Positions 7,848 to 15,014 of a DNA stretch of 20,000 nucleotides are shown here, piece by piece (the stretch's first letter is position 1; every line of letters starts with the position of its first letter). The stretch lies in IMG/VR virus record IMGVR_UViG_3300030330_002209, positions 47,244 through 67,243 of that record, one strand, 5' to 3'. This stretch comes from an uncultured virus (IMG/VR IMGVR_UViG_3300030330_002209) (Duplodnaviria; Heunggongvirae; Uroviricota; Caudoviricetes). The notes beneath the pieces were generated by a model. That model had not been told where the DNA came from, ran no database searches, and saw only the letters and a program-made list of their open reading frames with translations. Made by a program: the position numbers and the translations under genes.

Positions 7848-8225
7848 ATGGCTTACATACAAAAAAATAATCCATTTCCAGTTACGCCTTGCGGTAGACG
7901 TAGAGCTGGTGGTATTGGTAAAGGCTTTAACAGTAGCTTTACTAAGAAGCCTGATGTACGTAGAACAATAGGTCCTGGTAAAAACTTTAATAAAGCAAAA
8001 TCAACTGGCACCGGTGGTGCTGCTGGTGGCGGTATGACACAGAAAGGTGTTGATGAGTATAAAAGAAAAAACCCAGGTAGCAAACTACAAACAGCTGTTA
8101 CAACTAAACCATCTAAACTAAAACCAGGTAGCAAAGCTGCTAAGCGTAGAAAAGCTTTTTGCGCTAGATCTAAAAAATGGAAAAGTAAAAGAGGTTTAGC
8201 TGCTAGACGCAGGTGGAACTGTTAA
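7848..8225 (+). CDS. Basic Lys/Arg/Gly-rich phage protein (DUF6321-like)
   Basis: GGMTQKGVDEYKRKNPGSKLQTAV...RRKAFCAR...RRRWNC is a pattern I recall from marine phage proteins; not verified by search. Confidence 0.6.
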   Translation: MAYIQKNNPFPVTPCGRRRAGGIGKGFNSSFTKKPDVRRTIGPGKNFNKAKSTGTGGAAGGGMTQKGVDEYKRKNPGSKLQTAVTTKPSKLKPGSKAAKRRKAFCARSKKWKSKRGLAARRRWNC

Positions 8226-8236
8226 AATATATAGAC

Positions 8237-8656
8237 ATGGCTTTTAAAATGAAAAACAAAGAACTTAAAAAAATTATTGGCGAACTTAAAAACGCTAGTA
8301 AACTACACGCTGGCCAAGCTGAAAAACTAGAAGATATGTCTAGCTCAAGCGGGTCTCCGTTAAAAAAAATATCTGCTGCTTGTAAAGCTGCTGCAAAACG
8401 TAAGTTTAAAGTTTGGCCATCTGCTTACGCTTCTGGTTGGGGTGTTAGATGTACTAAAGCTGGTGGGCCTGGTAAAATGGGTAAAGGTAAAAAGAAGTCA
8501 TCATTAAAAGTAGGACCTAGAGGACAAGGAGGTATTTATAATCCTAGAACTCAACTAGATCTATACAAAAAAGGAATTACTGTAGCGGGAACTAAACCTA
8601 CTGCAAAAGAAACTTCTACTACAACAGAAACTACAGAAGTCAAAAAAGATGCTTAG
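8237..8656 (+). CDS. Basic modular phage protein with KVWPSAYASG motif
   Basis: The start is better placed at 8237 (MAFKMK) than at 8213, which overlaps the previous gene. Contains the module CKAAAKRKFKVWPSAYASGWGVRC. Confidence 0.6.
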   Translation: MAFKMKNKELKKIIGELKNASKLHAGQAEKLEDMSSSSGSPLKKISAACKAAAKRKFKVWPSAYASGWGVRCTKAGGPGKMGKGKKKSSLKVGPRGQGGIYNPRTQLDLYKKGITVAGTKPTAKETSTTTETTEVKKDA

Positions 8657-8918
8657 CCCTATACAGAAAAAGAAAACAGCTAAGTCTATTACATGGCATG
8701 ATTCAGACGCGCCTGACGCAAAAGGTAAGTTTAAAAGTTTATCGCCATCAGCTCTCGCTAGTTGGTTAATTAAAACTAGAAAAGGTAACTTACAAAAAGT
8801 AATTAGTAGTTTAAATCAACAGTACGTTTTTAATAGACAAAAAAATCCTAGCTATGCTCGCAAGATGAGAGCAACCATGAACATAGTGAGGAGAAGATTA
8901 AAAAAGAAAGATGAGTAA
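8649..8918 (+). CDS. Basic hypothetical protein
   Basis: 89-aa Lys/Arg-rich ORF with 8-nt overlaps to both neighbours. Confidence 0.6.
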   Translation: MLSPIQKKKTAKSITWHDSDAPDAKGKFKSLSPSALASWLIKTRKGNLQKVISSLNQQYVFNRQKNPSYARKMRATMNIVRRRLKKKDE

Positions 8919-10152
8919 AGCTTATAGAGGTGTATTAAAAGCTCGTATATCAAAGCTGTATGGTGGAGATGTAACTATAGCTAAAGCTAAAGCTTTAAAA
9001 AATAGAAAAGATGCTACACCTAGAGATAAGCAATTAGCAAATTGGTTTATTAACATGCAAACAAACAGGCCTTCATTTAAAAAGTTTAGCTTAAAAGGTT
9101 TTGACTACAACATGAAGTCACCGCCTAAAGATCACTCGCCTGAAACTTTAGCTGAAATAAAAGAGCTAACTAAAATACCTGACAACGATAAGTTTGTTAA
9201 ATCAAAAGATAAAGTTAGAGATTCTTTCAAAGAATTATTTGATAAAGAAGGTATTGAATATCCTAAACAGCTTGTAGATGATATGATAGACGAAGCAGAT
9301 CCTATCATCATGAAGTTTAAAAACAAGTTTAAAAGACCAAGACCTAAAAAAATTGCTGATAAAAAAGGTATCAAGATAAATTACCTTGAACTTAAAACAA
9401 TGAAAACACCTTCATATCCTTCTGGCCATAGTACAAGTTCTAAACTTATAGCCGAGGTGTTAGGTAAAAAATATCCCAAGCTTAAATCTAAGCTTAACAA
9501 AGTAGCAGAAGATATATCTTATAGTAGAAATGTAGCTAAAGCGCACTACAAATCAGATAGTGAAGAAGGTAAAAAACTAGGTAAAGCTATGAGCGATTAC
9601 GCATCGTCGTTTACAAAACGAAAAGATCCTGTGGTTGGTACAGGTAAAAAGCCAAAAGGCTCTGATAGACGTTTATACACAGACGAAAATCCCAAAGACA
9701 CTGTATCTATTAAGTTTGCAACTGTTGCTGATGCTAGAGCTACTATAGCTAAAGTAATGAAGATAAACAAACCTTACGCTCGTAAGATACAAATACTAAC
9801 AGTATTAGAACAACGAGCTGAAGTTATGGGTAAAATGCAACAAGCTAGACTTGCTAAAGCTGCTAAGAAAAAATTAAAAGCTCAAAAAGAAAAATCACCT
9901 ATGACAAAACAAAAAGGCGGTGGTACTAAAAAGGTTTGTTTACCAGCTGCTAAAGTTCGTAGTATGTCTTCTTCAGAGCGAGCTAGTGTTGTAAGAGCTA
10001 AAAGAAAAGCCGCTGCTGGCGGTAAGTATAAAAGATCTAGTAAGTCAAACGTCAAAGGCGCTAGGAAAAAAGGAGCTACACTAAGAGACTGGTTTGAAAA
10101 AGAAAACTGGGTACAAGTTGGTAACCCAAGTAAAAAGTGTGGAGAAAAATAA
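8911..10152 (+). CDS. Basic multi-module protein with PAP2/haloperoxidase-superfamily phosphatase domain
   Basis: All three PAP2 motifs are intact: K-x6-RP (KNKFKRPRP, 9319-9345), PSGH (9418-9429) and SR-x5-H-x3-D (SRNVAKAHYKSD, 9523-9558). Three additional Lys-rich modules flank the domain. Confidence 0.8.
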   Translation: MSKAYRGVLKARISKLYGGDVTIAKAKALKNRKDATPRDKQLANWFINMQTNRPSFKKFSLKGFDYNMKSPPKDHSPETLAEIKELTKIPDNDKFVKSKDKVRDSFKELFDKEGIEYPKQLVDDMIDEADPIIMKFKNKFKRPRPKKIADKKGIKINYLELKTMKTPSYPSGHSTSSKLIAEVLGKKYPKLKSKLNKVAEDISYSRNVAKAHYKSDSEEGKKLGKAMSDYASSFTKRKDPVVGTGKKPKGSDRRLYTDENPKDTVSIKFATVADARATIAKVMKINKPYARKIQILTVLEQRAEVMGKMQQARLAKAAKKKLKAQKEKSPMTKQKGGGTKKVCLPAAKVRSMSSSERASVVRAKRKAAAGGKYKRSSKSNVKGARKKGATLRDWFEKENWVQVGNPSKKCGEK

Positions 10153-10170
10153 AGGGGCCGAAGCCCCTTT
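10151..10170. terminator. Bidirectional intrinsic terminator between the convergent arms
   Basis: Perfect hairpin AAAGGGGC-CGAA-GCCCCTTT, which reads as a C(UUCG)G tetraloop on the - strand. T-tract on the + side and A-tract upstream. It sits at the convergent stops 10152 and 10175. Confidence 0.9.
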
Positions 10171-10174
10171 TACT

Positions 10175-10366
10175 TTATGCAGCGACTGCATTTTTAATTT
10201 CTTGAACTTCAACCCGAACTTCTTGAGCCATATTTTTAATCTCTTGCATAGCTTTACGTATGCGTGTTCCAGCTGATTTATTACCTTGATGAAACTTTTC
10301 AACATCAACAGCTGTTGCGATTAGTGTTTTCATCATGTCGTTCATTTTAGAATCTAATTCGTTCAT
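10175..10366 (-). CDS. Histone H1-like (Hc1-family) small protein
   Basis: DVEKFHQGNKSAGTRIRKAMQEIKNMAQEVR matches the GNKxAGxRxRK signature of Bacteroidota Hc1-like proteins. Confidence 0.8.
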   Translation of the reverse strand: MNELDSKMNDMMKTLIATAVDVEKFHQGNKSAGTRIRKAMQEIKNMAQEVRVEVQEIKNAVAA

Positions 10367-10375
10367 AATATTAAA

Positions 10376-12244
10376 TTAAAGATTAGTTACTTCACAGCTA
10401 CCACCAGCACAAGCAAGCTCGCCTGATAGATCTGTGTTATCGTTCATTTCTACCACATTTTCAAGATTAACTATAGATAAATGTTTCATACGCTCATTAT
10501 ACTCTTTTTTAGATATGTCTTCAAACGGAGCTTGAGTATATGTACCACCATCATAAGGCAACACTGATAAACCGTTGTAGCAGTCACGGTTATTCCACAT
10601 CCACTCACCAGCTTTATCCCACTCATCTTCTTTTAAAGATATTGTAGCAGATACATTGTGAGTGTTGCTTCCAGCTCTGTGGCCAGGCTTAACCCACTCA
10701 TCAGAAACTTGTTTAACTCTTTCGAGTAAATCAAACGCGGACTCAGTTCGGACAATAGAACCTTTTGGCGCGTGTTGTGGTATTTCAATTACAGCGGTAT
10801 CGTGTGGTCTGAAATATTCATCTTTGATTAACTCAGGAAGATGAACCGATAGATACGAATATATCGCTTCGTTTTTTCCTACGCGTAATCTACGAACATA
10901 ATAATCATTATGCCACGCATGAATACCGGATGAAGTTCCGAGTACCAGAGAAGTCGTCCCTGCAGGCTTCACGCAGGTTGTACGTGCAGCTTTATTAATG
11001 CCAATTAACTTAGCTACTCTTGTGTTTTCACGTTTTACCATCTCTGCGGCTTTCTTCATATCAAGCTCTAGCACCTTTTTAGAAGCTATCCCTGTCATTG
11101 ATACACCAATGAGAGCGTCTTTTTCAGTTGTCTCTCTCCAGACTTCACGTAAATAATGAAAGTCTGTGTAACCAGCTTGCAATGTACCTATAAACGCAGC
11201 AGCCTTAACTCTTGTGTTAAGATCATCTTGATCTGCTACATCTGATACATTAACTTCACATAAGTTACAAAACTGATAAGGACGTAATGCTATTTCACAG
11301 CACGGGTTTGTACCCCAGTCTTTATCGTTATTAAGGTAGATACCAGGCTCACCTGAACCAGACAGCTCAATACGTTTCCATAAGTCCATAAAGAACTCTT
11401 TTGTAATTTTGTGTCTAATAAGTACAGCTGAGTTATTAGCTCTACCACGCTGTGGGTTTGTTTCCCACCAGCTACCTGACTTACAGGCAATCATTTCTTC
11501 ATCATAAGCTGAAAACAAAGATATTAAAGCTGCCCTTCTAATGCCGCCAGCAAGTACAGCGTCAGCAATGTGGCAAATAATATCATGAGCTTCAAGAGTT
11601 GTGAGTTTTGTTCCGTCTTCTTTTGCATCTAATATACCTTGAATTTTAACTAAACATTCCTTTAATGGTTGAGGTCCTGGCGCTTTGCCTCCAGAGGTCA
11701 CAAGTCTAGCCCCCTTTGGTCTAATATCAGAATAATCAAACTTGATCTTAGATGATCTCTTAGAGCCCAAATAAGACTTAATTAAAACCTTAACTGCATC
11801 AGACCAACCTTCAATACTATCGCCAATAACAAAACGTCTTTCACGTTTGGTAAATGGTTTAATAATTGATGGTAGTTGCTTTACGTGGTGATGTTGTACT
11901 GAATAACCAACACCACAGCCAGACAATAATAAGAACATACACTCGTTAAAAGAGTCTATAGAGTCAATAGGTAAATATGAACAGTTATACAACCTGTTAG
12001 GTGATAACTCAATTGGCTTACCTGAAAACTGAAGGCTACGCATGGAAGGCAAAACCTTCTTAGCGTAAACCAACTTATATACGTTCTCAATATCGTCAGC
12101 TAACTTAGGATATTTTTTTTGATGCATCTCTTTATTACGAGTTACAAGCTCTTCCCAAGNNNNNNNNNNCTCTCTCCTATTTAATTCAGGAATATATTTA
12201 GCGTACTTCATGTGTACGGTAATATCCGACAATATATCTTTCAT
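10376..12244 (-). CDS. nrdJ: Class II (adenosylcobalamin-dependent) ribonucleotide reductase, monomeric RTPR-like
   Basis: Motifs LPSMRSLQ, NC, GCGVG, GGIRRAA, TNPCCEI (radical Cys), VKPAGT and C-terminal redox Cys pair ACAGGSC. No adjacent beta-subunit or activase gene. Contains a 10-N gap at 12160-12169. Confidence 0.9.
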   Translation of the reverse strand: MKDILSDITVHMKYAKYIPELNRREXXXXWEELVTRNKEMHQKKYPKLADDIENVYKLVYAKKVLPSMRSLQFSGKPIELSPNRLYNCSYLPIDSIDSFNECMFLLLSGCGVGYSVQHHHVKQLPSIIKPFTKRERRFVIGDSIEGWSDAVKVLIKSYLGSKRSSKIKFDYSDIRPKGARLVTSGGKAPGPQPLKECLVKIQGILDAKEDGTKLTTLEAHDIICHIADAVLAGGIRRAALISLFSAYDEEMIACKSGSWWETNPQRGRANNSAVLIRHKITKEFFMDLWKRIELSGSGEPGIYLNNDKDWGTNPCCEIALRPYQFCNLCEVNVSDVADQDDLNTRVKAAAFIGTLQAGYTDFHYLREVWRETTEKDALIGVSMTGIASKKVLELDMKKAAEMVKRENTRVAKLIGINKAARTTCVKPAGTTSLVLGTSSGIHAWHNDYYVRRLRVGKNEAIYSYLSVHLPELIKDEYFRPHDTAVIEIPQHAPKGSIVRTESAFDLLERVKQVSDEWVKPGHRAGSNTHNVSATISLKEDEWDKAGEWMWNNRDCYNGLSVLPYDGGTYTQAPFEDISKKEYNERMKHLSIVNLENVVEMNDNTDLSGELACAGGSCEVTNL

Positions 12245-12247
12245 TTA

Positions 12248-12388
12248 TTAGTCTTTATAAATTGTTAAACAAATATCTAAGAAACCTAAATAAATTACAT
12301 GATTGTTTCTTAGCTCTTCTCTGTATGTTCTCATGCCGAACAATAACCCTGGAAACGTTCCAAAGCTTAATTCCCAATTATCTTTCAT
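12248..12388 (-). CDS. Small hypothetical protein (46 aa, below the ORF-track cutoff)
   Basis: MKDNWELSFGTFPGLLFGMRTYREELRNNHVIYLGFLDICLTIYKD* fills the gap between the endonuclease and nrdJ. Confidence 0.6.
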   Translation of the reverse strand: MKDNWELSFGTFPGLLFGMRTYREELRNNHVIYLGFLDICLTIYKD

Positions 12389-12836
12389 TTCTTTTTTTTA
12401 AAATTAATTCTATTACTTTGTCACACTCCTTTTGGTTCTGAGGTTTATATAAAGTTACATGAGGCAGCTTGTCTTTAACTAGATTTTTAAACAATTTCCA
12501 ACGTATCGGAAACGTATCATTAGCTCGACCTTTACACTCAATTATAAACTCATCTGTAAGCCCAATAAAATCAGGAGTATACTTAATACCAAGTATTTTT
12601 TTACAGCCTCTATTAACAAGATCGCCTTTACCGTTTGCTTGTCGTTCATAACTTTCGTTATCAAACATAAATCCTGGTAGTACCTCGTATGTAATACCTT
12701 CATAAGCGGCTTTGATTTTGTTTTTACGCAAAGCTATATACATATACTTCTCAAGACCTGAAGCAAAGGTTATGCCATCGTACACAACCTTTTTTGCTCT
12801 TACAGGACCTCGTTTACGTTTAAAACGCTTCTTCAT
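12378..12836 (-). CDS. T7 endonuclease I-like PD-(D/E)xK nuclease (Holliday junction resolvase)
   Basis: FASGLE...YTPDF...IIECKG matches the endonuclease I catalytic pattern. Confidence 0.8.
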   Translation of the reverse strand: MKKRFKRKRGPVRAKKVVYDGITFASGLEKYMYIALRKNKIKAAYEGITYEVLPGFMFDNESYERQANGKGDLVNRGCKKILGIKYTPDFIGLTDEFIIECKGRANDTFPIRWKLFKNLVKDKLPHVTLYKPQNQKECDKVIELILKKRNER

Positions 12837-13128
12837 CGTCGTTAAACTTTTGTATTAAAGCTTCTTCAGATAAATCACGCAACTCTTCACGTGCGGTTTG
12901 TATATATAATACGGCATCCATTAGCTCTTCTTGTACATCACGTAAATAGTCTTGTAGTGTTTTCATACGTGTACTACGCTCTGTATCTAATGTTTGTCCA
13001 TACTTTTTGTAACCTACATCAGATCGTTTAACAAACTCATCACACACGTGTCTAACTACTGGATCTCTAAATTTATAACTCTTAGTTTCTACATTATCCA
13101 TACTGTCATATATTTCTCTACTACTCAT
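12820..13128 (-). CDS. Small all-alpha phage protein, possible nucleotide pyrophosphohydrolase
   Basis: RSDVGYKKYGQTL...VQEELMDAVLY carries an EExxD acidic helix typical of MazG/all-alpha NTP-PPase-like proteins, and it sits among nucleotide metabolism genes. Confidence 0.5.
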   Translation of the reverse strand: MSSREIYDSMDNVETKSYKFRDPVVRHVCDEFVKRSDVGYKKYGQTLDTERSTRMKTLQDYLRDVQEELMDAVLYIQTAREELRDLSEEALIQKFNDDEEAF

Positions 13129-13129
13129 A

Positions 13130-13960
13130 TTAATTATCTTTTACAAATGTTCCGTTAACCATTTTACCTGTACGCTTGTTAATAACGTTGTAAGCTTCTT
13201 GAATACAGTCTTCTATAGGTATACCAACAAGCTCAGCTAAATTAGTTAATACAACTACAGCATCACCAATACCATCAACTATTTGTTCTGTATCTTTTTT
13301 AAGTATAGCTCTACCTATCTCACCAGTCTCTTCCATCAACTTAATGTATTGTGTTTTAACATCACCTTTATCATATAAGCCTCTTTCGTTAGCCCATATT
13401 CTTATACAGTCAAATATATTCTCACCACAATCATCACATTGCGTATCACAGGTTTCAACCGTATCTTTATATATGCTAGCGTATGAATCAACCTTGTTGT
13501 TATCAAACCATCTAGCAAACGCCTTGTTATAAACATAGCATCTACCAGTGGTATATTGCGATGACTTAACGTTATTCATTATCCACTTAATAGATTCTTT
13601 TGTAATCATTACGCGGCCAGCATCTGTTTCCCATCCCATACCTATGTTATCCATAAGTTGGCCTTTTAGTTTATTGACTGGACATGGGAATGTCGTAGTC
13701 ATTTCAGTTATGTTTATATCCATATTTTTTAATTCTATAAAATTGTTATTAAATATATCTTTGTATAGTTGTCTATCAACTCTGTAGCCATGACGCTCTT
13801 GCAAATACAGCTCGCGCTTAGATATATAATCTATATCATCAGACATTTCTAGTATTTCATACTCGCCTGGCTCATAACCTTGTTGCTCTTCAACTCTACT
13901 TTTAATATTGTTTGTTACACCGATTTTAACACCGGGTATGTGATAAATAGCATACGTCAT
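13130..13960 (-). CDS. Fusion of a GIY-YIG-like N-terminal domain and a C-terminal MazG-like NTP pyrophosphohydrolase
   Basis: N-terminus YAIYHIPGVKIGVTNNIKSR...ELYLQ. C-terminus WANERGL...QYIKLMEETGEI...IVDGIGDAVVVL has the MazG EExxE...DxxxD pattern. Confidence 0.75.
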   Translation of the reverse strand: MTYAIYHIPGVKIGVTNNIKSRVEEQQGYEPGEYEILEMSDDIDYISKRELYLQERHGYRVDRQLYKDIFNNNFIELKNMDINITEMTTTFPCPVNKLKGQLMDNIGMGWETDAGRVMITKESIKWIMNNVKSSQYTTGRCYVYNKAFARWFDNNKVDSYASIYKDTVETCDTQCDDCGENIFDCIRIWANERGLYDKGDVKTQYIKLMEETGEIGRAILKKDTEQIVDGIGDAVVVLTNLAELVGIPIEDCIQEAYNVINKRTGKMVNGTFVKDN

Positions 13961-14646
13961 AAGTGATACATCATTTCTTTTTGTTCTGGTAATTTATCAT
14001 TATATAAATGTAAGTTGTGTGCGTAGTGATAATATATACCAACTGGTATATCTAACTTCTGAGCAACATACATTTGTAAATTTGAAAACTGATACTGATC
14101 ATTGCAGAAACCATACCAGAGATCATTAGATCGCATTAGAACAGACATATCAAGCTTATCATGTAATATCGTAAACTGTACAGCGTAAGTACACGGCGTA
14201 TCTGTTTTGTAATCTGGATGTTCTTTAGCATCGTATATAGATATTGCTGCTTGTCTAGTTTCAGGATTATTTTTTAACAAATCAATAACATAATCTAGTT
14301 GAGATTTGTGGTTGTAGCCACGTTGCCATTGATAACCATAGTTAGAGTTTACATTACCTTGCTCGTCAGCCATACGTTTCCATATAGCTGGCACTTTACC
14401 GTACAGCTCGCCAAGCTTTTTAATGTTACGATCGCCAGATAAATACCACTGCCATTCGGCTTCAGCATATTCTACAGACCAGTTACGTTTAACTTTACTA
14501 TCATTAATAGTATTTAACGCAGGGTTTTCAATATAAAAACCAGCATTAAACAAAGCTTTAGTACCAGCAAAAGATACACCGTCACGTACAATACGCCAGT
14601 ATAAATCATGGAACGCTTCGTTGGCTGTTTTGAAGTTGTTATGCAT
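13957..14646 (-). CDS. Thymidylate synthase-superfamily enzyme resembling T4 gp42 dCMP hydroxymethylase
   Basis: Motifs EWQWY, VNSNYG, catalytic PCT, MRSNDLWYGFCND and NLHLY. Asp occupies the specificity position that is Asn177 in E. coli ThyA. Confidence 0.8.
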   Translation of the reverse strand: MHNNFKTANEAFHDLYWRIVRDGVSFAGTKALFNAGFYIENPALNTINDSKVKRNWSVEYAEAEWQWYLSGDRNIKKLGELYGKVPAIWKRMADEQGNVNSNYGYQWQRGYNHKSQLDYVIDLLKNNPETRQAAISIYDAKEHPDYKTDTPCTYAVQFTILHDKLDMSVLMRSNDLWYGFCNDQYQFSNLQMYVAQKLDIPVGIYYHYAHNLHLYNDKLPEQKEMMYHL

Positions 14647-14737
14647 AGTATTTTCCGTTTATTTTGTACCATACTTTTACTGTATTAGGATTTTTAATTT
14701 CACCTAGTATATATGTCTTACCGTTTCTAGTAAGCAT
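14639..14737 (-). CDS. Possible 32-aa hypothetical protein
   Basis: MLTRNGKTYILGEIKNPNTVKVWYKINGKYYA* fills an otherwise empty gap and overlaps the next start by 8 nt. Confidence 0.4.
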   Translation of the reverse strand: MLTRNGKTYILGEIKNPNTVKVWYKINGKYYA

Positions 14738-14747
14738 AACACTTTTA

Positions 14748-15014
14748 TTATTTAGTATTTTTATTGTATTTGTCATAATAGTATTTATAATATTCAAGTT
14801 GTTTAATTAATACTTCGTTTTTTCTAAAACTAGGACTAAAGTTTGATTTACCATTAATAATTATTTCAACACAGAAGTCGTAACCTCCAGTATCTGCTTT
14901 ACGAGCAGGTACGACACAGCATGCTATACTGTTATTTATACACCATGAAATAATTTTGTAATCTTCTTTTGTCCAGTCGTAATAACCAGGTTTGAAAGGC
15001 CTACGCTTTGCCAT
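14748..15014 (-). CDS. Hypothetical protein
   Basis: ORF on the operon strand. The likely start MAKRRPF at 15014 is TAATG-coupled to the primase-helicase stop. Confidence 0.6.
   Translation of the reverse strand: MAKRRPFKPGYYDWTKEDYKIISWCINNSIACCVVPARKADTGGYDFCVEIIINGKSNFSPSFRKNEVLIKQLEYYKYYYDKYNKNTK

Noticed and set aside
8213..8236. Longer start for the 147-aa ORF
   Set aside because: It overlaps the previous gene. The ATG at 8237 gives an MAFKMK leader like its neighbours.
12160..12169. Run of 10 N inside nrdJ giving XXXX
   Set aside because: Assembly gap placeholder. The flanks read NRRE...(T)WEE, matching the usual RRETWEE motif if the gap is a single base, so there is no evidence for an intron, intein or frameshift.
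13957..14646. Plain thyA annotation
   Set aside because: The specificity residue is Asp rather than Asn and the motifs follow dCMP hydroxymethylase, so no gene symbol was assigned.
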